The notes beneath the pieces were generated by a model. That model was not told where the DNA came from. It worked only from the letters and a program-made list of their open reading frames with translations, and did no database searches. A program made the position numbers and the translations under genes. A stretch of 64,000 nt of DNA from Takakia lepidozioides (Eukaryota > Plantae > Bryophyta). Shown piece by piece: positions 14,701 to 26,500 of the stretch. The stretch lies in contig CM060731.1 in the NCBI GenBank assembly GCA_030704615.1, forward strand, positions 52,886,001 through 52,950,000. The letters run 5' to 3'. Within the stretch, counting starts at the first letter, position 1; every line of letters begins with the position of its first letter.

Positions 14701-15332
14701 TGCAACATTATGAGCCCTGCCTCAGTCTCTCTTAAGGTGCTAGTGCAAACATAGCTGTCTAGCAGCCCCTAACTGACTAGGGTGTTCTGCAGGAAGGCAT
14801 TAAATTGCTCTCTACCTATCTCAAGTGCGGGGTGACTGTGATCCCCTACATCACAACTGTGTCAGATTGAGCCCCATAACAGAGTGTCACTAGCATTAAT
14901 CCTTACATCGAGACTCAATTCGTGTAACCACATGGTAATTGCGTTTGAGCAAGGGCATGGCATTTTTATTGAGTAATTTCATCATGCAATAGTGCATGGC
15001 AACGGCTCCAAGAAGGCTCACCACAAAGTCTGTGGTCGAAAAAAAAACACGCAGCAGTACCCAAAAAGCTTCATACCTTCTTTCTGTTTCCCTGAAGTCA
15101 GGAGAAGCGTCGTAGTCACAACTTGCAAGGGTCTGGGGCCAGTCACTCCCAAGACCCATTTCAGCTCCACAGTCTGGCCGGTTAATAATCTGCTGCCTGC
15201 TCGTTCACCACAATGAGACACGGCCTTGGGTAAGGGCTCCCTTGTGTGCACATGAGAGCAGCCCCAGTTCTGGATGGTAAGCCAAACGTTCTGCATCCAA
15301 ATGTTTCTGATTTGTGTGTGGGCTCTGGCCAT
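11757..15332 (-). CDS. PPR-A: leader + OSB-type PDF motif + PLS PPR (14 motifs) + E1/E2 + DYW deaminase, ~919 aa, apparently intact
   Basis: Exons 15332-15077, 14686-14610, 14354-14173, 14001-11757; all GT-AG, phases 1/0/2 compatible, 2760 nt in total. [14 protein letters not shown], ends CSCGEYW. Confidence 0.88.
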
Positions 15333-17792
15333 CTCTCATGGGTAGTCTGCGTGCCATGAATAGGAGGCAGGATTGAGAAGACAACAGTAGGCTTCCAATA
15401 AGGTTCTTTGATGGCGAGGATTGTACACGCCGGGATAGCAATACCGAGATGTCAATGGCCTTATCTTCCACCCTCCCCCGGGTGTTGATAGAAACATAAG
15501 CATTCAGCAGCTCCTTGTGTTTGAACGTTTGTACTATTTGAGGTGTGAAGGCCAATGTTAGAAGAGCGATGAGTACCTACATATGGAGGTGAGCTACACA
15601 AATACTTTGAAAGTAGTGTCTTGCTTTCTGTGCTCTCCGCAAGGTGCATCCACCTTGTTTCTGTCCCTCTCTATCGTGATTGTGCAGTTGCTGCTCTCAT
15701 TAGCAGATCATTTCCACCGGGATTTCCTTTCCTGATCAAATTTCTCTGCGCGACGGCAGAGACATGCATATACATCAACGGAACGAGAATGCGCAACCAA
15801 GCGGCGAAGACCAAGGTGTGCTTTAACTCGCATCGCCAACCTAGGCACTTCTGTGAAGAAGGCAGGGAAGTTGAACGACACAAATAACTCAGTAACTCGT
15901 AGAATGTCTTCTTTCTCGTAGTTCATGGCTTGTGATGGCCTATTTTGCAATAAGATAGGATCTTTTCCTTCTTGTAAATGTGACCGCCCAGAAACAGCCG
16001 GTGCTGAAGGTGTAGCTGCAGGGTAAGTGACAATGCAGTATACAAGAAAGATTGGAAGAGCAAGCCGTGCCAGTACACGGACAATCGACTTCATTTTGAG
16101 ATCACTGTTTTGACAGTTCGACATGGAAGTGATCAATTCTGTAACGAAATCCTCATAAATTCTGATTCCGGCGCATCGAACAGATATCAATCATCATGAG
16201 CTTTGCTTCTGTCAACAACGTGTGTGTAGTCTCACATCCAATCGAAACACGGTGGTGAGGACCGGGATGAGCTTATTGCCTGACTTCTGCCATTATATCA
16301 TGGCAACTCAAGTGTGCAAGGATGTCAGCTTCCTTTTATTAGCCAACAATTTCCAAGGTCAGAAGGTTGAGAAGAGATTATTCATGAACATAATGACTTA
16401 GCAACTTCTTGACTTGAAACATCATCTTCACACTTGGAGGCTGCCAAACTGTTGCTGGGTCATCTGCATGATACTAACCTTCTTAGAGCAGTGACTAGTG
16501 AGTTTGGTCTTGATTTTTCCACTCTCCTTCTTGGTCTAATTTTTTGGGTACAACTCATTAAATCATTTGTCACTCTCTCCTTCAAGCTTTCCATTCTGGA
16601 CTGGTACATCAACCTCCATATGAGCATACCCCACCCATGCTTTCTAGTTCCTTCCCCTCTTCCGCAGCTTCGGTTCCAGGGGTGCAGCCATACCACTTGT
16701 ACCATGAGTCGCATGTGACGTCACCAAAAGGAAGACAGCTCAAGTTTCAACATGGAGGAGCTGTTGGCGGGCTGCAGTCTGCCAAAATTGTCACAAAAAT
16801 GTTGATATCCCTATCTCTGACGTCTCCATGCTGTATGAACAGCTCCTCTTGTGACAAAGCCATGCTCATTGTGCACTGTTCCAAGGACAATGAGAAATTC
16901 AAATCAACACTGCAAGCTTTCCAGAGAATTTCGATAAAAAAGGAAAATAATGTGCAATTGATCACAGTACAAGCATGTATTTGAAAGTATCTGGGATGCC
17001 CAAGTACTTGCTCACCACTTTCACTAACCCCTCTATTACCTGGAAATCCTAAAAGAGAGCATAAGCTAAATAAAGGAAGGGTGGGCCCAGGTGAGAAAGG
17101 TAACACATCTCTCAATCAAGTTGGAGGAATTAGTTGCTATCCCCGTCACCTCCATCCACAAACGCTTCAAGGAAATCCACCTCACAGCTATATCATTCCC
17201 TCACAGCTATTATCACTAACAAGCGGCAACTGGAATCCAACCCTCCCTCGGCATCCTAGGTAACGTTTGTACCCTGGATACCCACAGTACCCTAGGTACC
17301 TGCAGGCGCGGCCTGTTTTCTTCATAGGGCCCACCCTGAAAGGGGGCAGTAGCCGTAAGGCGAAGTGGCTCTTATTTACACCGGCTTTGGCCGGAGTCTT
17401 CTCTCTCTCTCTTAGCCATTTGGAACAGCTCCTGCCATGTGTCAGATTGCATATGCATATTCTTCTATATGTATCTATACACAGAGAGAAAAAGAGTACC
17501 CACCAAGCTCTCAGAATCTTTCGAGTGATGACCAATGCCAGAACTATGTCAAATATTGCATGGTGTTCTGCTCCTGTGCAATGGTGGTTGGAGATGTAAA
17601 GGGTGCTGCAAATGTCTGAAATCAGCCTTACAGCGACTTCACTGATGGTTGCAAAGACCTCACTGATTGGTTCGATGATCGCAGCAGACCATTGCACAGA
17701 CGATTTGCATACAGGCTGTCATGTGCAATGATATCAATAGTTGTCTTGAGGCCCTCATGTTTGAAGAGTAGCGTTTTTTAAAACATCTTCTT

Positions 17793-20700
17793 TCACCAGT
17801 AATCCCCGCAAGAACAAACCCCATCTTGGAAGTGGTGAAAGCGGTTTGCATCGCGAACTACGATTATTCGCCCAACAATCTTCGAGATGAACTTGGTAGC
17901 AGTGTGGCAGTCACCACACACCCGAAGGTTCTTGTTGATGCGGATAGGCATCCCAGGGGCCAGGCTGATGAGCCCAAAAGCGATGGCCAGTTTCTCACTG
18001 TGGTGGCAAAGAGAAACTTCCTTTTGCTCCTCCTCTGCATCATGCAATACAAAGCGTGTGTCAGGCACGTACCCGGCCTCCTTCATCTCGCCAAACAATC
18101 TCCTCAGCTCAGCATGGATTTCCTCAATTTGTGGATGAAATTCATCTTCCACAAAAAACGTATGGACCTTCTTATCAACTTCGATACAGCTGCGCCCTGG
18201 CTCCTTTCTGATGCCTCTGTCCTCCATCATTTTTCTCGTCTTTGCTTGGTCGTCCCACCTGCCAGCTGATGCGTAGATGTTTGATAGCAACACATACGTT
18301 CCAGCCTCCTGTGGATACCACTGGAGAAGGCATTTTGCTGCATGTTCTGCGAGTTCCACATCACCATGAATTCTGCAGGCACCAAGCAAGGCCCCCCACA
18401 CTGACGCATCAGCTTCCAATGGCATTCTCTTAATGAAGTCGTGTGCCTCAGTCAATCGCCCTGCACGTCCAAGAAGGTCCACCATGCAGGTAAAATGCTC
18501 CAATTCAGGAGTAAGGCCATGAATGCAACTCATGGAATCGAAGTAGTGATGGCCTTCATCCACCAGGCCAATATGGCTGCATGCAGAGAGAAGACATATG
18601 AAGGTGATCCCGTCTGGCTTCAAGCCTGCCTGTTGCATATTTTCAAATAATCGGATGGCCTCCCTACCACCCCCATGCTGACCATATCCTCCAACCATCA
18701 CATTCCATGATGCCACATCTTTTTCCCCCATATTGTCGAACACTTGACGTGCATCCTTCATGCTTCCGCACTTGGCATACATGTTGAGAAGGGCAGTCTC
18801 CAGCATAACATCTGGTTCTATTTCAGCACTAATGATTTCAGCATGGACTTCTGTGCCCTTGTCCAGAGCAGAAACCAGAGCACATGCATCAAGGACGCAT
18901 GTGAAAGTGACATTGTTCGGCGTCACCCCTTCCTGTATCATCTGCTCATATATCTCAAACACCTCTCTTCCATTCCCATGCTGAGCATATCCTACCATCA
19001 TTGTGTTCCATGATACTACATTTCGGTGAGGCATACTATTGAACACTTGACGTGCATCCTTTATGCTCCCGCACTTGGCATACATGTCAGTAAGGGCAGT
19101 CTCCAGAATGACGTCAGGAACCATCCCAGCTCTGGTAGCTTTCAGGATGTCAGCATGCACCACTTTGCCATTTTTCAGGTTTGCCAAGCCGGTACACGAA
19201 CTCAGGACACAAATGAATGTGACCTTGTTGGGCATCACTCCTTCATGTATCATTTTATTATACATCTCGAAAGCCGGCCTACTGCACCCATGCTGAGAAT
19301 ATGCTGTGATCATGGCATTCCATGAGACCACATTTCGTTGAGCCATTTTATCAAACACTTGATGTGCATCCGTTATGCTACCGCATTTGCCATACATGTT
19401 GACAAGTGTATTCTCCAAATTTACATACGACGCAATACCAGCTTTGATGATATGAGCATGGACCTCTTTCCCCTTTTCCAGGGCTCCTACACTGGCACAT
19501 GCATTGAGGAGACAAATGAACGTGACCCTATCAGGTGAGATGCCTTGCTGTTGCATTTGCTCGTAGAGCTTGAAAGGCTCCCTTTCACATCCCTGCTGTG
19601 CATATCCTGCAATCAGAGTGTTCCATGTTACCACATTTCGGTTAGCCATATTGTCAAACACTAGACGCGCATCCTTCATGCTCCCACATCTCGCATACAT
19701 GTCAACAAGGGCAGTCTCCAGAATGATATCTAGCACAATTCCAGCTTTCGTGATGTCAGCATGGACCTGTTTGCCCTTTTCCAGGACTGCTAGGCTGGTA
19801 CACGCATTGAGAACACAAATGAATGTGACCTCGTTTCGCATAATCCCTTCCTGAATCATTTGATGGTAAATTTCAAAAGCCTCACTCAGACACCCATTCT
19901 GAGCATATCCTGTTATCATGACATTCCATGAGACCACATTTCGTTTGGCCATATTGTCAAACACAAGGCGTGCATCCTTTATGCTCCCACATTTAGCATA
20001 CATGTCAACAAGGGCATTCTCCAAATTGACATATGACGGAATTCCAGATTTGATTATGTCAGAGTGGACCTCTTTGCCCTTCTCCAGGACTCTGAGGCTG
20101 CTACACGCATTGAGAATGCAAATGAATGTAACTTTGTCAGGTGTTACCCCTTCCTGTTGCATTTGCTGATACATCTCCAAAGCCTCCCTACCACAACCCT
20201 GCTGAGCATATCCTGTTATCATCGTGTTCCAGGAGACCACATTTCGTATAGTCATATTATCAAACACTTGAAGTGCATCATTCATGCTCCCACATCTGGC
20301 ATACATGTTAGCAAGGGCAGTAGCCAGAATGACATCTAGCGTAAATCCAGCTTTGATGACATCAGCGTGAACCTCTTTGCCCTTTTCCCAAGATCCTAGG
20401 CTGGCACATGCATTGATAATGCAAATGAATGTCACCCTGTCGGGTGTCACCCCTTCCTGTTGCATTTGCTCATATATCTGGAAAGACTCGTTACTACACC
20501 CATGCTTGTTATATCCTGCTATCATTGTATTCCACGTAAACATATCTCGTTCAGGCATTTTATCAAACACTTGACGTGCATCCACCACACTCCCGCACTT
20601 TGCATACATGTTGACAATGGTGTTGACAAGAAAGATGTTTGGCCGGTATGCACTTTGGATAAGATGTGCATGCACCTGCTTTCCGTGTGCTAGGTCCTTC

Positions 20701-23155
20701 AAATTGATGCACTCCTGCAAAAGACAGACATAAATGTTGGAGTCTGCCCCAGTGCCTTGGAGGTACAAAATCTGCACCGCCTCTTTCAAACGTCCTGCCT
20801 TACATAGCATCCTCACATCCCAGCAAGGACCAGATGAGCTCTTGTCAGCTCTGGTTGTTGGAGTAAAGGACCAGGCTATTTGTGGTTGACATTCACATTC
20901 GGTCACAGCCCTTGTTTCACCAGTCCCTGCCCTTCGACCATAATTTGGACTATCATAAGACTGTGCATACCCTTGTTTCATGGCAGCAGGCTTTGCTTTC
21001 ACCCAAGGAGGAGTAGACCTACCCTCAATCCAATGGGCCTCCTTTGTCTGCCTACGTTTGAAGTCCACTGATCTTGGACATTTCTGCAAATTCCGCCAGC
21101 GGGCAGCCAACCTTCAAGAACAGTCCCGCACAGACTGGGCTACACCCACCAAGGCTCCAAGCATCTTTACAACAGGGAAAATTCTTGAACAACCTACTTC
21201 CATGCCCTGCTAGCAAGAGAATGTACTCATATGACATCGTTTGCCGTAGCCTTGTGGCCATTGACCCCGCGCCCAGTTTGAGCGGAACATAAAGAGACAG
21301 AAACTCCCTTTGTCAGGGGCTGACGCCGGTAGTATGACTTACCTTGAAACATGCAATTGACCCGAGTTTTCCAGATATCCTCTAGAAATCCCTTCACACA
21401 AACATCAATCTGCTGTGTGATATTTGCCCAGTAACTAGACCCCAAAAGGCCTGGGCTTTTGGCTCAGCCTCGAGATTTTCAAAGTTGGTAAACAAAGGTA
21501 CAGTAACAATTCCCTTGGATTTGAAGAGGGTGTCTCTCTGGTGAGCGTACCCAGGATAATGAATCAGAAAGTGGATATTGTCTTCAGGTGGCCCACACAA
21601 CGGGCATTTGCAATCCCCCTTTCCTCTCTGCAACGGTTTGCTGTTCAAAGGTAGGCTTCCCGCCCCGAGTTTAAATTTCAATCTAGTGCCGAGAGTGGGT
21701 AAACCCTTGAGGTCATCCATGATGGCCTCCGCCATGTCACAGACTGGAAACAAGTTCAGGGAAGTTCTCTCCGTAACTTCATTTTCATCTGACAACTTCC
21801 TGGCAACAGACATGACTTTGGACACTACAGCCTCTAAGTCAGATTTATCCAGCAGGGTCAATTAGATTCAGATCCTTGAAAATCTCTTGTACCTCCTGCT
21901 TCCAAGATATAGAGTTGATTAACTTAGGATATCTGATATTAGTCATACGTTGCAGCTGACCCCACATCTGACCTTGAATGTCGAGAGCTTAAGGGAGTAA
22001 TGCCAAACTCGCACCGAGCTGACATGCACTTCTTGAGCACCCCCACTTGAATGGATTCTAGAGACTTAGCCTGGTTGGAGTTATCAACCCACACTGCAGA
22101 TGCGTACTACAAGGTAGGCCGAATAATGCGGCAAAGCATAGTTTTTTTTACTGCAGTGTTGATCTCTCTGCAGTGGAAAAAATTTAAAGAGGCCCAATGC
22201 TTTCCGCTTGCCAGATTCAACAACTTTTTGTATATGTGATTCCCAGTTGGAGGAAAACTCAACGCCAAGGAAGGGAGGACAGGAATCTCTTGGCTTCCCC
22301 ACTGCCACTCAAGGTCACCTGCCACCACTGCGCATTTACTGACGTCAGCCTGTAGCCCCCCTGCTAGTAAGAGAGAACAATCAACAGGCAGCACCAGTCC
22401 TCTTTGCTGTTTTTTCAACATCCTTAATGAGGACAGCCTCACCTTATCGAACCTTTTGTACCCCCACTGTGAAGGATCTGAGAAGAACTCCTGCCACAGA
22501 CATTCTAGGCGTATATCTTGGCCTGCAAAAGACAAGCACAACAGCGATCACGTGTCACAGTTGTGTCAGATATGAGGCAAGAGCAGCAGTGCCTGGTACC
22601 AACAGTATTTTCTACACCAATCCTGACATGAAGACTCAATTCCATGAAACCGGTTTGTTGTTGACGGCTGTGGGCTGAGTTCCGACATCCCCCTGGGTAG
22701 TAACCCCGCAAATGGCTCCGGGGGGATTGATCCCGTGGGTCTTATGCCCTCAAGTATATATCTCAGCAAAATTTCGAAGGGAACGGTCGATTTGTACAAT
22801 GCAATTGTGGGTATGCACTGCCACATCTATATATGTCACTTGGGACAGATATTGCGGTGAAAACTGCAACAAGGAAGGCGTCCACTCCATTTGTTCCTCT
22901 TGGAACTTCAGCTGGATTTTCGTGGGCTATGCCTGAACAATGTCATCACAGTGTGTCTCTCTCAAAATGAATTCGAGGAGAAAAGCTACCACAGTACACA
23001 CACCAGAAGGAGGTAAGGAGGAGAAGGGTGTTGATTACAATCACGTTCCTAAGAGGGCTCGGGGATCCAGTTTTTGAGACCAAAAGCAAGAAAACTGACA
23101 TATTTATACCTTTCTTTGAAATTCCTGCAGGCTGCGAAGGCGTTGTTGTCGCCAT
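17793..23155 (-). CDS. PPR-B: diverged PDF motif + PLS PPR (23 motifs) + E1/E2 + DYW deaminase
   Basis: Exons 23155-23110, 22522-22443, 21083-17793, phases compatible. The paralogous ATG at 23322 is out of frame by one indel, so the start is uncertain. HSEKLA, CGDCH, ends GDYW. Confidence 0.85.
21221..22358 (-). mobile_element. 5'-truncated degenerate LINE copy in the intron that splits the PPR-B PDF motif
   Basis: Matches the ORF2 C-terminus ([32 protein letters not shown]). TSD ccctgctag(c/t)aagaga at 21205-21220 and 22359-22374 (15/16 identical). Confidence 0.9.
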
Positions 23156-23322
23156 CGGTGGGAAGGGTCTGAAGCCCGGAATTGCTAAGCTGTCGGCCCA
23201 ATTTAGCTCCACAGCCTCGGCATTTTCTCTGCTGCATAATGTGAGAGACCCTCCCGCCCTTCACCGTAATATAAAGACAGGGCGTTGGGCATGGCCACTG
23301 CCTGTGCGCTGCACGCTGCCAT

Positions 23323-23555
23323 CTTCCTTCACAAATACAAACAAAAAGGCCATCAACATGCTACATGGCCTCCAGAACAAGGTGGTGGATGCTAATTCAC
23401 TGATTACGAACTAGAATTGCCGTGAGGGTCGGTCGCTCCGACCGCAAAATGTGAAAACATTGGGCTGGTCGGGTTCTCTCAGGCGACCAGTGGTCGGATA
23501 TCCCTCTGTCTGCTACGCGTGAGGCTTCAAGTGAGAGAATTTTCTTCTAAAGAGG
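23323..23555. promoter_or_regulatory. Probable bidirectional promoter between head-to-head PPR-B and PPR-C
   Basis: Divergent paralogous ATGs (gaagATGGCAGCG at 23322 on -, gaggATGGCAGCT at 23556 on +) only 233 bp apart. Contains GC-rich GGTCGG/CGACC motifs. Function is inferred from position. Confidence 0.5.
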
Positions 23556-26500
23556 ATGGCAGCTCGCTCCGGCGCTTTGCTGAGCCTGCAGGGCGAGGCC
23601 GCACCCATGGCCCTCTTTTCTCCTTGCTGTGAACGAGCGGAAAGTCTCACATCACGGAGCAGATTAACGGGCGAGACTGAGGAGCTGACAAGGTCTCCCA
23701 CCTTGTCAACCAGACCCATCCGAGTAATCGCGATGACGCCTACCCAGCCTTCAGGGACGCCGAAGAAAGGTTTAGAGCTCTTTCCTACTTTTCTTTTGGT
23801 TTCTGGACTGTTTGGGTTACATCGATCCACCAAAATTGTCTATATCCATCTCGGTGGAAACGAATTGCACGTCGTGATCATAGAAGGGATCGTGGTACCC
23901 TGGCCTCACGACAGGGCTCCTTCATATCCTGCGAGTAGAACAATGCGACAATCCCCACACAGTGCCAAATGAACGATGGGCATAGAGGGATGTTCTCAGT
24001 TGCGCAGTTTCAATCCTCCTTGAGTCCATTGTGGGGGAAACGCCCTAGTGCTCGCCCTGACGCCAGAAAATACTACGCTAATCCAGCACTGCCCCAATCT
24101 TACACATATGAGACACACCTTGAGCACTACCGGCAACTGTTGTAAAGAGAAATATTGTATGTTCTGATTCATAACTGAGATGAAGAAGAACAAGAGAGAC
24201 GGGTTAATGTTATGGAATGCCTAAGCTTGCATTCATCAATAAGCCTTGGGACAATGAGGAGCTACTAAAGATCTAAGTTGTAGTGGTTTTCATATGCAGC
24301 CCAAGCAGCACGCATAGAACGGCTCTGGCAGGACTTCTTCTCAGATCCCTCACAGTGGTGGGACCGCAGGTTTGATAAGGTGAGTCTAACTTCATATTTG
24401 ACGCCCAAAGTTTGGGAAGGAGGGTGACTGATGTGGGCATGATGATGTGTTGTGGACAGTACTGTATCTCAGATGGCTTAATGATTTTTTTCCTTCGGAG
24501 TAAATTGCAGCTAAAAGCATTCTTCTCTGTCTCTATCAGGAGTACGTTGTGCCCTATTACTTGAAACCTGCTTGGATCTCTGTGCGAGGCTGTGGCTGAA
24601 GCTATGGCTGCTCAGCTGCCCAGTGGTGGTTTTCACAGAAAAGTCCAACATCACCAGACTTCAGACACAAGGGTACGAACGATGTCCTTTGGATTGACGG
24701 TGGGTCAAACCCTCCTTGGGTGCAAGCAGAGCTATTTGCAATGATACAAGGGCAAGCAAAAATTGCTGATGGTTCTAATGTCGATGTAGCCCCAGACCGA
24801 GTATACAACGGGTACTGTCTTGATGATGATTGAAAGGGTTTTGCAGTAGATCAATGCAATAGATTTGTGACCCTGTTTTTGTGTAGCAAAAAGCCTGTCC
24901 TCATGGAGAGATCTTTCTCTGAGTTTCTAGTAGCTTTCATTTATATTGTGGGATTTTTAATGGTTTGTAACTGACGGTTTTGATTTATGCAGGATGGCAG
25001 GGTTGAATCAGGCAAAGCGGTCTGAATCAGGCAACCCCACCAGAAGCACTGCTTTTGAAAGAGGACCCAGGGATGGAGTCACCAAGAAGTCTTCTGGCAC
25101 TGTGAGGACACTATGTAAGGCAGGACACCTGAACGAAGCATTGCACATTTTGAGCGGACAATCCATTTCGGCACTCCATAACTTATGTCTGTCTCTTGCA
25201 GGAGTGTATAAAACTGAATGACCTAGACGCCGGAAGGAAGGTGCACTACCACATTATCCAGAGTGGATTCAAGCCAAACACCTTTCTATTCAATACCCTG
25301 GTCAACATGCCAAATGTAGGAGTGTGGTGGATGCACGCCAAGTGTTTGACAACATGTCTGAACGCAACATCTTCACTTGGACTATAATGATTGCAGGGTA
25401 TGTGAAGCATGGGTGCAGTAGGGATGCTGTCAATCTCTATCAGCAAATGATAGGGGAAGGTGTGACACCCAACAAGGTCACGTTCGTTTCTGTTCTCAAG
25501 GCATGCTCCAGCCTAGGAGAAATTGGAAAGGGCAAAGAGGTCCATTCTGACATTGTAAAAGCTGGAATTGCATTATATGTAAATTTAGAAAATACCCTTC
25601 TTGACATGTATGCTAAATGCGGGAGCATGAAGGATGCACGTCAAGTGTTTGACAACGTGGCTCAACGAAATGTAGTCTCATGGAGCACCATGATCGCAGG
25701 ATATGCCCAGCATGGGTCTGGAAAGGAGGCTTTTGAGATGTATGAGCAAATGATACGAGGAGGAGTAACCCCCGATAAGGTCACATTCATTTGTGTTCTC
25801 AATGCCTGTGCCAGCCTAGGAAGCCTGGAAAAGGGCAAAGAGGTCCACACTGACATCATTAAAGCTGGAATTGCACCAGATATCATTCTGGATACCACCC
25901 TTTTTGACATGTATCCCAAATGCGGGAGCATGAAGGATGCACGTCAAGTGTTCGACAATATGGCTGAACGGAATGTCATCTCGTGGAGTGCAATGATCGC
26001 GGGGTATGCTCAGCATGGATGCGGTGGGCTTTGGAGATTTATGAGCAAATGGTGCAGGAAGGGGTGATGCCTGACAAGGTCACATTCGTTTGCATTCTCA
26101 ATGCGAGTGCCAGCCTAGGAGCACTGGAAAAGGGCAAAGAAGTCCATGCTGATATTATGAAGGCTGGAGATGTGTCATACTTAAATTTGGGGAATGCTCT
26201 TGTGGACATGTATGCCAAATGTGGGAGCATGCAGGATGCTCGTGCAGTGTTTGACAATATGGCTACGCGAGATGTGGTCTCATGGAGTGCCATGATTGCG
26301 GGATATGCTCAGCATGGGTATGGTTGGGAGGCTATGGAGATGTATGACCAAATGATGCGAGAAGGGGTGAAGCCAGACAAGGTCACATTTATCTGTGTTC
26401 TCGACGCATGTGCCAGTTAAGAGGTACATGCTGACATCATGGAAGCTTCCATTGTGTCATACATCAACCTAGAGAATACCCTTGTTAACATGTATGCGAA

